Shown here one piece after another: positions 36,431 through 48,641 of a stretch of DNA of 64,000 nt. Position 1 is the first letter of the stretch, and each line of letters starts with the position of its first letter. Source of the stretch: Octopus sinensis (lineage: Eukaryota); the NCBI RefSeq assembly GCF_006345805.1, contig NC_043002.1, positions 54,994,001 to 55,058,000 of the forward strand, in the 5' to 3' direction. The translations under genes were made by a program, and so were the position numbers. Below the pieces are notes generated by a model that was not told where the DNA came from, did not search any database, and worked only from the letters and a program-made list of their open reading frames with translations.

Positions 36431-37345
36431 ATGTAAAACTGCTGTCATCCATACTTACAGGCTTGCACCTTTACAGGTGCCAGTGCCACATAAAATGCTC
36501 CCGTGCCAGTGTTGCATAAATGCACCCATGCAGGTGGCACATAAAATGCACCCAACACTCTTTGTTAAGTGGCTTGTATTAGGAAGGGCATCCAGTTGGA
36601 GTCTGGCCAGCTCCTGTCAGCTCCTGTCAAACCATCCAACCCATGCCAGCATGGAAAACAGATGTTAGATAGTGATGTGAGTTAGTTGGTTGATTTCTTT
36701 TTCCTGAAAATCCAAGCTTATCCAGATTGTCAGTCAGACCAAGTGCACCAATTATCATTGGTATAAATGTAAATTTATGGAGAGAGATAGATGCAGTATC
36801 AGTAGCAGCTGCTTTTGTGTTGCAAGGCTAGTCTCTGATGGTGGTAATGATGATTATGAGAATGATTCAGATACTACTACTACTACTTACTATAATAATA
36901 ATAATAATAATAATAATAATCAACTCCGCCATTTTAGAATGCAGATTTCAGGCTTTAGATTACTAGTATATTGGTAATCCAAGCAATGCCACAGATCACC
37001 ACGGAGTCTTTGTTGGCCGATTGGCTGGTGGGTGCAGTCAGTTGGTCGGTCGGTCGGCTGGCTGGCTGGTTGGTTGGTTGGTAGGAGGTGTCAAGGTGAT
37101 CTGAAACTTGTTGGCCTGCCTGCCTGCTTCTCTCTCCTCTCTCTCTCTGTCTCTCCCCTCTATATAATGAACGGTGTGGCAGTGTGTATGCTGGTGGTGG
37201 GGGTGGGGGTGTCACATATTCTATTCTCCTCTATTGTTGGGACAATGGTTCTTATAATAAGCATACATCATCCTACATAGCAGCTCATTTGTGTGTGTAG
37301 AGGTATTAATAGATGTTACAGAGGAATGTATATACAGATATACAT

Positions 37346-37427
<82 letters not shown>

Positions 37428-38329
37428 ATGCATATATGTATGTCTATACAAAGGTATGGGAACATTTACATAGATGTTTCTATGTATAAATGAATAAATA
37501 TGTTTGTGTGTGTATATATAAAAGAAGGGAAAACTATATATACTTGTGTATATAGGGGCAGGTATGGCTGTGTGGTAAGATTTTTGCTTCCCAACCTCAT
37601 GGTTCTGGGTTCAGTTCCACTGCATGCCACCTTTGGCAAGCGTCTTCTGCTGTAACTCCAGGCTGACCAAAAACCTTTTGAGTGGATTTGATAGATGGAA
37701 ACTGAAAGAAGCCCTTCATATGTGTGTGTGTGTGCATGCATGTGTCTTTGTGTCTGTATTTGCCCCCCGCCCACTGCTTGACAACTGGTGTTGGTGTGTT
37801 TATGTCCCTGTAACTTATCAGTTTGGCAAAAGAGATGGATAGAACGATTAACAGGCTTTAAAAAAAAGAAAGGGTTTGATTCATTCAACTAAAAATTCTT
37901 CAAGGTGTTGCTCCAGCATGGCTGCACTCTAATGATTGAAACAAGTAAAAAATAAAAGGTTTTTTTTTTATCATTTTTCAGTTCCACCTTGGCCCTCCCC
38001 ACCTTCTCTTCTAAAATGTCTTTTGTCATTTGGCCCCTCTACAGCAAGAAACTTTTTCTGCTCTGACCCTTTTCTCTCATATTTTACCCTTCTCCTAGCA
38101 GAAAATTACCTTCCCTCTGTGCTGGTCCCACATAAAAGTACCCATTGTACACACTGTAAAGTAATTGATGTTTGGAAGGTCATGCAACTTTAGAAACCAT
38201 TGCCAAACCAGACCCTGGAGCACAATGCAGTCTTTGGGCCCATTGGGTCCCTGTTAGACTGTCCAACTCATGATGCCAGCATGGAAGATGGACATTAAAT
38301 GATGATGATGATGATGATGGTGGTATATA

Positions 38330-38655
38330 TGTTGCGGACCCCCTTTGCTCGTGAATGTCCATGGGATTGCACCTAGATTGTCACCCTTCCAGGCACAAGT
38401 CCAGGCAAGGTTGTTTATGGAAGACCAGCAGTCACCCATGCATACCAGCCTCCCTTCTCCACACCACTGATGTTATCCAAAGGAAAGGCAAAGGGGCCAA
38501 TACAGCTTGGCACCTGTAACATCGCAACTCATTTCTACAGCTGAGTGAACTGGAGCAACATGAAATAAAGTGTCTTGCCCAAGAACATGACATGCAGCCC
38601 GGTCTGGGAATCGAATTCGCAACCTCACGATCATAAGCTCGATGCTCTAACCACT
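38330..38655 (-). mobile_element. tRNA-headed SINE (family E)
   Basis: Minus strand: GTGGTTAGAGCATCGAGCTTATGATCGTGAGGTTGCGAATTCGATTCCCAG head, TTCTTGGGCAAGACACTTTATTTC, distinct 3' body. Confidence 0.75.
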
Positions 38656-39974
38656 GTATGGATGAATTAAAGAATCAAATCGCCAAATCTGCAGACATCA
38701 TAAGACCAAAACATTGACTTTACTCAACCATTCTTCTCTCCAAATTCCTCTTCATTCCTCACTCTTGTTATTATTGTCACCACTCTTAGAACTTTCTGAT
38801 GTTATTAGGTTGAAAGGACTGAAGACAGATACTTCCCTCTTTGGCCCTCATCGACTTTTTTTAAAGTTCCTTTTAAAAAGGGAAGTGCTGTCCCTGGCCT
38901 CACTATTTTCTTTGAAAGGTTGGTGAATATTGTGAACATGCACTTGGATCCCACAGGGGACGGAAAAGAGAGAGGTGTTTGGTGGACAGGGTGACCAGGA
39001 CATGTGGGGTTCCTTGGTTGTCCCTGGGTGGAACCCCACCCCCACTGCCTTTTGGGGATTTTATTGTTTAAATTTTGTTGTTGTTATTGTTTTATTGTTC
39101 ACACATATTTTGTGTTCTGCCCTTGTGGCCAATAAAGGAAAGATTATTGGCGACACTGCTATCAACGCCATCACCAATGCCATCAAATACCAGCATCACC
39201 ATCTTTGTCATCAGTATTGCCTCTGACACCATCATCATCATCATTAATTTCTTTACCATTCATTGATACTACATCATCACCACCACCACCACCACGGATC
39301 GCTAGCCTCATCTCTACCATTCCCTCAACTATTACTGTCATCACCACCGACAACAACAACAGCAACAAATCTTATATTACATCCTCTTCCATTGATCACA
39401 TGACATGAGTGGATAAATAGTTTGCATTTTTCTTCTTGGACAGAATTAAACGACGATGATGATGATGGTAGGTTTGGGTTTGAGGTAGAAGGGTTTGTAA
39501 AGTATGTGGTGGAGGTGAGTGGATGGGTGGAAGGGGGAGGTCAAGCGTCAGGTTCGTTCGCAATGTGGTTTCTTTGGGAGGCTTTTTTTTTTTTTTGCAT
39601 ATTTGAACATGTCTGTCTGTTGACTTTTTAGGAGAGGCTGAGAGGAGTGATGTGTCAGAATGTGTGCATGGATGTTTCAAACATCATCATCATCATTTAA
39701 TGTCCAGTGTTCGTGCTGGTATACACACATGCACAGCCGTGCACACACATACACACACAGAGAGGTTTCATTAAATATCCAATTATGTTCAAGTTTTATA
39801 TTTCATATTTAAACCTTGTTGTATTTTCTTTATTAGTTTCTTTTTTTCTTTTACAGTTAGTTTGGAATAATAATCTTCCTAAATTCATATTCAACATTTC
39901 CAGAACTTCAGTCTCATTTCTGAGGATCTACTATAATAATACTCTTGTGTATTTCTCCATCACAACATATGAAT

Positions 39975-40430
39975 GAGAAAGGAAGGGGTGACAGATGAAT
40001 AAGGAAGGAAGGGGTAATAGATGAATAAGGAAGGAAGGGGTAATAGATGAATAAGGGCGGAATGGGTGATAGATGAATAAGAAAGGAAGGGGTGACAGAT
40101 GAATAAGAGAGGAAGGGGTGATGGAAAACTTGGCTGTGGGATAATGGAAGTTCTATGGTAAAAAAAAAATCAAACAGCATTTCAACTGAGTGAGTAGATG
40201 TGTGTGTATGTAAAAGGGAACCATGTAAATGTTTGTGTGTATGTGTATGTGCAATGGAAGTGGGATGGTGAACATTCAATGCTGAAAAGAAAAATCAAAC
40301 AGTGTTTCAACTCTCTGTGAGTATATGTGTGTATGTGTGCATGTGTGTGTGCAATGGAAGTGGGATGGTGAACATTCAATGCTGAAGAGAAAAATCAAAC
40401 AGCATTTCAACTGTGTAAGTATATGTGTGT
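39975..40430. repeat. Two minisatellites: ~27-bp AGATGAATAAGGAAGGAAGGGGTAAT units, then ~110-bp units
   Basis: Repeated AAAATCAAACAGCATTTCAACT...CAATGGAAGTGGGATGGTGAACATTCAATGCTGAA. Confidence 0.85.
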
Positions 40431-41720
40431 GTGTGTGTACAAGGGAAGTATGTGAATGTTTATACGTGTGAACCAGTGTTCTTTCAGTAACAAACAATGA
40501 TTAATGTCACATCTCAAAAGACAACCACCAGATAACACTAACAAGTTTACTAATTTGAATTACCATCCATATTCTATCTTTTGTCCTTGTTTATATATAA
40601 AATATTACAATTAGCCATCATTTTTGATGGCACAAAGCCAGCTAGTTGAATATATTTGGTATATTGTTTATGTCAACATGTAAACAACATACATATCCAA
40701 AAATTAAAACATGGCTACTGATGCACACAAAAAAAACCTAATGGTCAGAAATTTGACCACAATAAACAAATCAACACATGACTGCTGATGTATGGAACTA
40801 ATGGTGAAAAAAACATTTGAGAAATTAGTTTACCATTAGTTTCATTCATCAAATTTCTGCAGTTCAACCAATGCTTAAGAAACAACACTGACACCAAGTA
40901 GTGTCAATTCTTAAAAATGAGACTGTGAAGTTCTGGAAATGTTGATTATGAATTTAGGAACTTTGTTTGAAGTAACCCATAAAAAGATGATAAGAAAATA
41001 TATAAAATGCAAAATAGAAAACCTAAAACTTGAATGCAATCATGTATTTAATGAAACATGTATAAATGAAAAACTAGTCTCCATGTGTGTGTGTGTGTGT
41101 ATTTATTTCAAATAGTTTTCTGATCACTGATAGTGCATAGCCATACATAATATGAAAAATAGAAAAAAGAGCATTTCATCTGCTGTAAACTTTGTAGCTA
41201 TTTTTAGCCATTTCAGCCCAGGGCCATCCTTCCTGAGATATGTTTGGATATAATCAGGGTATTTGAACTTATCCATCTGATGTCAATGGGTTCAGGGAGG
41301 AGGAAGAAGAGAAGGAGGGTTTTTTGCTGTATTCCACCTCTGACCTCACCTCCTGCAGTTGCCACCCTAATTTTTGTGGTGGCCACTCCTCCTCCCTGAC
41401 AACAGTCTAGTCACATTCTTCTCCCCCTCCCTCCCGCACTTCCTCTCTCCTTTGACAAATGATGCAGTCGATGCATTCTCTGTGTATTTATAGTTCCAAG
41501 GATGGTCATCTTGGCCATTGATTGCACTGACATAACCATTGTTAAAGCCTGTGAAACTCTCTTTGCACTCTCCTTCTCTCTCTCTGTCTCTCATGCGCTC
41601 TCTCTCTCTCACACAAAGGTAAATTTTTCTCCTTCCTTTCCTTTTTCTCACATGTTTATGTGTATATCTATCAATATGTGTGTGTGTGTGTGTGTATACA
41701 CACACACACATACATACATA

Positions 41721-41940
41721 CCGGGGGGCTGTTGAAAATTTTCTGACTTTAAGGGTCTTGCGAAAGGCTTGGTTGGAGGCCCAATCTTCCAAGTTCTTTT
41801 ACAGAGCTTAGAAGAAACTGAAGGACCGCTGCAATAAATGTGTAATTCTGAGAGGGGAATATGTTGGATAAAATCATGATTAACTGATCCTCCTGTATTT
41901 TCTTTCACCCAAACCCAGGAACTTTTCAGCCCTACCCTTT
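41721..41940 (+). mobile_element. mariner-derived MITE retaining the transposase C-terminus
   Basis: TA then GGGGGCTGTTGAAAATTTTCTG ... CAGGAACTTTTCAGCCC; internal KLKDRCNKCVILRGEYV resembles the mariner C-terminal motif. Confidence 0.8.
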
Positions 41941-42589
41941 GTCCACACACACGCATGCGCACGCATATATATTATATGTGGAGAAGCAATTGTAAAATGT
42001 AGGTAACATATTCATGCATATACATAGGTGCAGAGCGTGGTTGTGTGGTAAGAAGCTTGCTTTCTACCACACAGCACCTCAGGCAAATGCCTTCTACAAT
42101 AGCCTCAGCCCAACCAAAGCCTTGTGAGTGGATTTGGTAGATGGACACTGAAAGAAGCCTGTCGTGTATATATACGTGTGTGTGTGTGTGTTTGTGTCTG
42201 TGTTTGTTCTCCTACCTCCATTGCTTGACAACCAATGTTGGTGTGTTTACGTCTCTCGTAACTTAACAGTTCAGCAAAAGAGACTGATTGAATAAGTACC
42301 AGGCTTACAAAGAGTAAGTCCCGCAGTCGATTTGTACAACAAAAAGTTTGTGCTCCAGCATGACATTTTGAGTGAATGGTGGTAGCAGCACCAGTAGTTG
42401 TAGTAGTAGTAGTAGTAGTAGTAGTACAGCTATTGCCACATTTACCTCTCCATGGCTATAAGGATAACCACTTTGATTGCTGTTAGTGATTATAATGGTT
42501 TATAACCAATATCACTATTATCCTTTTGTGGAGACTTTCCAGACCTTTTGCCTCTTGCAATGTTTTTTCCATAGTATCACATCATCATC

Positions 42590-43050
42590 ATCATCGTTGT
42601 TTAACGTCTGCTTTCCATGCTGGCATGGGTTGGACTGAGGAGTGGTGAGCCAGAGGCTGTACCAGGCTCAATCTGATCTGCCAAAGCTTCTACAGCTGGA
42701 TGCCCTTCCTAATACCAACCACTCCGAGAAGGTAGTGAGTGCTTTTACGTGCCACCGGCATGAGGGCCAGTCCGGCAGCACTGGCAACGACCATGCTTGA
42801 ATGTTGATTTTCATGTACCACTGGCATATGTGCCAGTAAGACGATGATCACGCTGGAATGGTGCTTTTTATGTACCACCGGCATGGGAACCAGTCTGTGG
42901 CCCTGGTAATGATCACGCTCGGATGTGCTTTTAATGTTCCACTGGCATGAGTGCCAATCAGGTGGTACTGTCATCGGCCATGTCAGCGATTTTGATTTTG
43001 ATTTCACTTGCCTCAATAGGTCTTCGCAAACAAAGTTTATTGTCCAATGA
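42590..43050 (-). mobile_element. Long family C element with subrepeat array and LINE-like tail segment
   Basis: CATCATC-GTTGTTTAACGTCTGCTTTCCATGC...GGATGCCCTTCCTAATACC...GATTTCACTTGCCTCAATAGGTCTTC; related to 49190-49555 and 61615-62010 (+). Confidence 0.8.
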
Positions 43051-43258
43051 ATGAGGAGGAAAATTTTTCCTCATGTGCTGCAACTACTATTAGAGATACA
43101 TGGAACCCTGTACAGTGAAGGAGCAGATAGCAGTTATCATAACAATGACATATCCATCCATTCTTAATACATTGCAGTAGATTTGAACATGAATGTACTA
43201 ATCACTGTTGTATTATGTTATTGGAGCCTTCATTCTTGTTTCATTGATCTAGGGTTAG

Positions 43259-43307
43259 CATTGACTGAAGAAACAGAACTAGATTGAAACACTGCAGTGT
43301 CTCAAAG
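43259..43307 (+). ncRNA. Type-I hammerhead motif, tandem copy 1
   Basis: CATTGA-CTGAAGA-AACAGAACTAGATT-GAAA-CACTGCAGTG-TC|TCAAAG. Perfect palindromic stem III ACACTGCAGTGT, GUC triplet, weak stem II. Confidence 0.65.
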
Positions 43308-43504
43308 ATCCACCAAGTCCATGAATTGATTGTTGTGATCACGCATCATCTCAAAGAGATAGTTATATTCAAAGATGCCTTTGCTTTGAGTTCTACATGC
43401 GCATAAGAATTTATTACCAATTCAGCATGCATCAATGATTTGTTTGCTGAATTCTATAAACAAGGACCACATATTCCTGTTTAGATTCATTGATCTGAAG
43501 GTAG

Positions 43505-43553
43505 CTTTGACTGAAGAGATACAACCAGGTTGAAACACTGCAGTATCTCAAAG
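43505..43553 (+). ncRNA. Type-I hammerhead motif, tandem copy 2
   Basis: CTTTGA-CTGAAGA-GATACAACCAGGTT-GAAA-CACTGCAGTA-TC|TCAAAG. Perfect 6-bp stem I; one stem III mismatch (AUC triplet). Confidence 0.6.
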
Positions 43554-44439
43554 ACCCCCTTAGTCTATGAATTGTGGGTGTTGTGAGTTCACATCTAGAG
43601 GGAGAAGTTGTTCTCTGAAGATGAAACTACAACTGTGATCAACATAGCCACATTAAAATATGTCAGAAAATATTAAAACTAATTTCATTCTTTGTTGTTT
43701 TGATTCCCATTGTTCTGTCCACAAATGGTAATTTAGAAATCATAAAATTAATTCAAAAATATAGTCTTTTTTTTTCATCAAGATTAAATTAACTTTCTCT
43801 GTAATGGGGCTTTAGACACTGATTCCATATCTGTTTTTTGTTTTCCACTCTTGGTATTTTTTTTATCTTTTGTTTTTTACTTGTTTCAGTTTTTAAACTG
43901 TGGCCATGCTGGGGCACCACCTTCAAGAATTTTAGTAAACACACCAACACCAGTTGTTAAGTGTTGGTGGTGGGGACAAACACAAACACACACACATGTA
44001 CAATGAGCTTTTAGATTCCATTTACCAAATCCACTCTCAAGGCTTTGGTTGAACTGAGGCTATAAAAGAAGACACTTGCTCCAAGGTACCATGCAGTAGG
44101 ACTGAACCTGGGACCATGTGGTTGGGAAGCAAGTTTCTTAGCACAGTTATGCTTATAAATATATGTGTGTGTGTGTATGTATGGGGGGGGGAGGGAGAGA
44201 GAGAGATCCACTTGCTAACAACTGCAGCTAACAGCAACATGCATACATATGTATGAATGTATAAACACAAAGAAATACAAGTAAACACTAGTTACTCACT
44301 AAACACAACCAGTTACTAAGCTAATGTTTGCCATGAAACCTTCTTCGTCTCTAAGTAAAGCTAACAACAATAATAGTAAGTAAGTCCTTATCTGTTTGCA
44401 TCCAGTGAAGAGTATTAAATAAGTAAATAAATAAATAAA

Positions 44440-44689
44440 TAATATATATATAAGAATATATATATATATATATATATAGATATACATAGAGATATATATA
44501 TATATCTATTATATATATATATATATGTATAGATATATATATATCTATGTAGAGATATATATATATGTATATAGAATATATATTGTATTATATATATATG
44601 TATAATATATATATGTTATATATATATATATATTTAATATTATATATATATGGATATATATAATAATATGTAATATATATATATATATG

Positions 44690-44743
<54 letters not shown>

Positions 44744-44810
44744 GTATATATATATATGTATATATATATATGTATATATATATATATGTATATATTAATA
44801 TATAGATAAT

Positions 44811-44841
<31 letters not shown>

Positions 44842-44986
44842 ATTATATATATATATAATATGTATATATGTATATATGATATATATATATATGTATAGAA
44901 TATATACTGTATTATATATATATACTATATATATATATGTATATATATATATGTATATATATATTATATATGTATATATATATATG

Positions 44987-45017
<31 letters not shown>

Positions 45018-45050
45018 GATATATATATATATATATATATATATAATACC
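44440..45050. repeat. ~600-bp degenerate (TA)n array
   Basis: Directly visible. Confidence 0.95.
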
Positions 45051-45054
45051 ACAC

Positions 45055-45304
45055 ACAATATATGCACACATATAAAACACGAAATAAAATTTCTTGTCAA
45101 ACTGGTCTACTTTTGGCTAACCTAACTATGGTGTTTGTCTTTGCATTCTTATTGCTTAAAAAAAATAAGTAAATAAATAAACCCACACACACCACATACA
45201 CCTGATTTATGGTGGCTAAATATACGACTCTAATAAGCAGAGTTTTTTTCAAAGTGAGGTCACACACCAAAAATGATGTCTGTCTGATGAGTTTAGCATT
45301 ACAC

Positions 45305-45344
<40 letters not shown>

Positions 45345-46189
45345 CTCTCTCTCTTTATCTATCTATCTGTCTGTCTGTATATACGTATATATGTGTATAT
45401 TCTTTCTATTCTTTTACTTGTTTCAGTCATTTGACTGCGGCCATGCTGGAGCACCGCTTTTAGTCAAACAAATCGACCCCAGGACATATTCTTTGTAAGC
45501 CTAGTACTTATTCTATCGGCCTCTTTTGCCGAACCGCCAAGTAATGGGGATGTAAACACACCATCATCGGTTGTCAAGTGATGGTTGGGGAGACAAACAC
45601 AGACACCAAATGCATACACACACACATATATGCACACATATAAAACACGAAATAAAATTTCTGTCAAACTGGTCTACTTTTGGCTAACCTAACTATGGTG
45701 TTTGTCTTTGCATTCTTATTGCTTAAAAAAATAAGTAAATAAATAAAATCACACACACACACATACACACCTGACTTTATGGTGGCTAAATATACGACTC
45801 TAATAAGCAGAGTTTTTTTCAAAGTGAGGTCACACACTCCAAAAATGATGTCTGTCTGATGAGTTTAGCATTACACACCTCTCTCTCTCTCTCTCTCTCT
45901 CATTCTCTCTCTCTTTATCTATCTATCTGTCTGTCTGTATATACATGTATATATGTGTATATTCTTTCTATTCTTTTTACTTGTTTCAGTCATTTGACTG
46001 CGGCCATGCTGGAGCACCGCTTTTAGTCAAACAAATCGACCCCAGGACATATTCTTTGTAAGCCTAGTACTTATTCTATCGGTCTCTTTTGCCGAACCGC
46101 CAAGTAATGGGGATGTAAACACACCATCATCGGTTGTCAAGTGATGGTTGGGGAGACAAACACAGACACCCAAATGCATACACACACAC

Positions 46190-46200
<11 letters not shown>
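45055..46200. repeat. ~568-bp near-identical tandem duplication containing a family A SINE 3' half
   Basis: TATAAAACACGAAATAAAATTTC at 45071 and 45639; copies differ mainly by 1-2 nt indels. Confidence 0.95.
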
Positions 46201-46241
<41 letters not shown>

Positions 46242-47549
46242 TGCAAATAATATAGTAGAGACGATACAAAATCGACAGACACCAGCCAGTAAACATTCCA
46301 GCATGTCTATTTATTCAAATGTATTGGATGAATCCACACACATGTATTAGTGGTACAGATTATCAAGTAGAAAAAGTTGGTGATTGCATAAACAAGGGTG
46401 TGGAAGCATATAAGCATATAGATACAAGTGATCAATGGAGCAAACGAACAGATTGTCAATAAAACCAAAATGGGTGTGCAGGTGCTAGTTCCTTACGGCC
46501 GTTTCTGCCAAGAGGCAACGAGACCTTCCTGGTTATCTCCATCTCTTCAGTGTCACGCAGGGATGGGCAGATAAGGCTTGGATAAGGAATATGCCCCATG
46601 GCTTCTTCAGAGGGTCAAAGTGGTTGGTGGGAGCTAATACATATAAAAGTCAGTTAATAATAGCTACAGTGTGTTTGTCTTTTTAAAAATAGAGTAGAAA
46701 AAGAATAGGAACAAACACAAGAATACAAGTGAATTACATCATAGTATAATGATTTGGGCAAAAGAGGGGGAAATAAGATACAGAATCCCCGTCATGTAAG
46801 ATCCATGTGATTTCATCCAATGGTGGATAGGTGAATATTGTCGTTCTCAGGAGGAGTTTTTACAGGAAAGATAATATTTAGGCAGTAGTTCATATTATGT
46901 TTCCATAGAACTTCAGTGGTGGGTTTGGAGGTGTGGTCCGTGTTACTGGGGTGAAAGTTTATATGTAAAGTGCCAGTTAGTAGGTGCAACGTTGCAGAGG
47001 GTATGGCATAAGCAACTTAGAATGAACCCATCTTGGGAAATTTGGTACATGAGTGTATCAATGAGAAAAAGGAACCAGGTAAGGCCAAACTGCACACACA
47101 CACACACATGCACACACACCCACACCATTGCAGAGGAAATCATATGAGTTAGTGGTTAGGATTTTGGCTTCACAAGTACTAAGGTCAATTTATTTGACTA
47201 AAAATTTCTCAAGGCAGTGTCCCAGCATGGCCACAGCCTAATGACTGAAACAAGTAAAAAGGTAAAGATACATATATATATATATAGGTGCAAGCATGGC
47301 TGTGTAGTGAAGTTTGCTTTCTAAGCACATAGTAGTCCGTTGGGCAAGCATGTTCTGCTGTAGCCTTGAGCTGACCAAAGCCTTGTGAGTGGAGACCAAA
47401 AGAAGACATAAGAGGCTTGGTTTGGTTGACTAAAACCCTTCAAGGTGTTGCCCCAGCATGATCACGCTTCAATGACCGAAACAAATAAGAATGTTAAAGA
47501 TTATATATAAATCTTCATTATTGTCATCGTCGTGATCATCACCATTTAA

Positions 47550-47771
47550 CCCTTTCGTTACCATATTTTTCTGTTGAGATGTTGTGTGTTTCTTTGAATT
47601 ACTTTAAATATAACAAAGAATTTAGTAAAATAACTTAGTTATCATTCAGCTAGTGTTAAGAACATAAATTGTGACTAAGGTTTGGTGGAGGATTTTAATT
47701 CAAAACTTAGGAAAACAAGACATTTGTATTCAGGGCCAGAGCTGGTTTCAGCTGGGTTGGTAACGAAAGGG
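47550..47771. mobile_element. piggyBac-type MITE
   Basis: TTAA-CCCTTTCGTTACC ... GGTAACGAAAGGG-TTAT (perfect 13-bp TIR, TTAA target with one change). Confidence 0.85.
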
Positions 47772-48571
47772 TTATTAATGTCTGTCCTCTGGAAGGTTAT
47801 TGTCACATTGTCATGTCTTTCCTGTGTGAATAGATTTTTATAGAGAGTGGAACCTTGATTTTATGAATTTGATTTGTTCCTGAAAGTTATTCATCACACA
47901 AAATGTTTGTAAACTGAAACTATTTTTCCCCTTGTAAGAAATCCAAGGGAAATCATGGTGATTTCAAGCAGGGATGTGCACTGGGCAAAAACTGGATAGC
48001 AACTGATGGCTCTCCTCCTGCTGGTGCTCTCAGCTTGTCATGAACCATTAGTGCCAGTTTGCATGTTCATTACTTGAGACACTGTTTGTCACCTGTGGTG
48101 TTTTATGCTTGAAACATTGTTCACAAGCTAGCATGATAGATAGATAGATAGATAGATATTTCTTTCATAAAATGAGGTTTTACATTGATGCGTTGGCCCT
48201 AATTTACGAATATGAAAACATATTATAAGCTATTGTTTTTAGAATGATTTACCCCAGATATCAAAGAGATGTGGTTTCTCTCCTTTATAAATGCATTGGT
48301 GTGTAGGTGAGCTCTGACCTCTCAGGAATGTTTATAGTAATATGGGAGCCACAATAATATTTATGGCCAATCTGTGTTGGCAGAGGTAGATGTGGGCATA
48401 AAACAAAACAAACAAATTAAGGTTCACTGGAGAAGGAATTGAACCCTGAAGCTAGAGATATGAAAGTGTCTCTTGTCTCAACCACAACCCATTGAAATAA
48501 TTGACAGAAAACAAGCCAAAATGAAATGAAATAGATGTTTCTTTTAAACTATTGTCCTTGTTCTTCTTCAG

Positions 48572-48641
48572 TTGAGAGATTTTGGGATGCCTTTTGTGAA
48601 TGCCCTCCCCCACATCACCCTTCACTGTAAACCAAATGGAT
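48572..48641 (+). CDS. Candidate 70-nt internal exon (LRDFGMPFVNALPHITLHCKPNG)
   Basis: Acceptor TTGTCCTTGTTCTTCTTCAG, donor AT|GTAAGC; only phase 0 is open; unique sequence. Not recognised. Confidence 0.35.

Noticed and set aside
43200-43620. Protein-coding repeat, since the 246-nt period is a multiple of 3
   Set aside because: All frames on both strands contain stops, including at conserved positions; the conserved bases match a ribozyme core instead.
43612-43640. CTGAAGA-T-GAAA downstream of hammerhead copy 2
   Set aside because: No stem II or stem I; it aligns to non-core sequence of copy 1.
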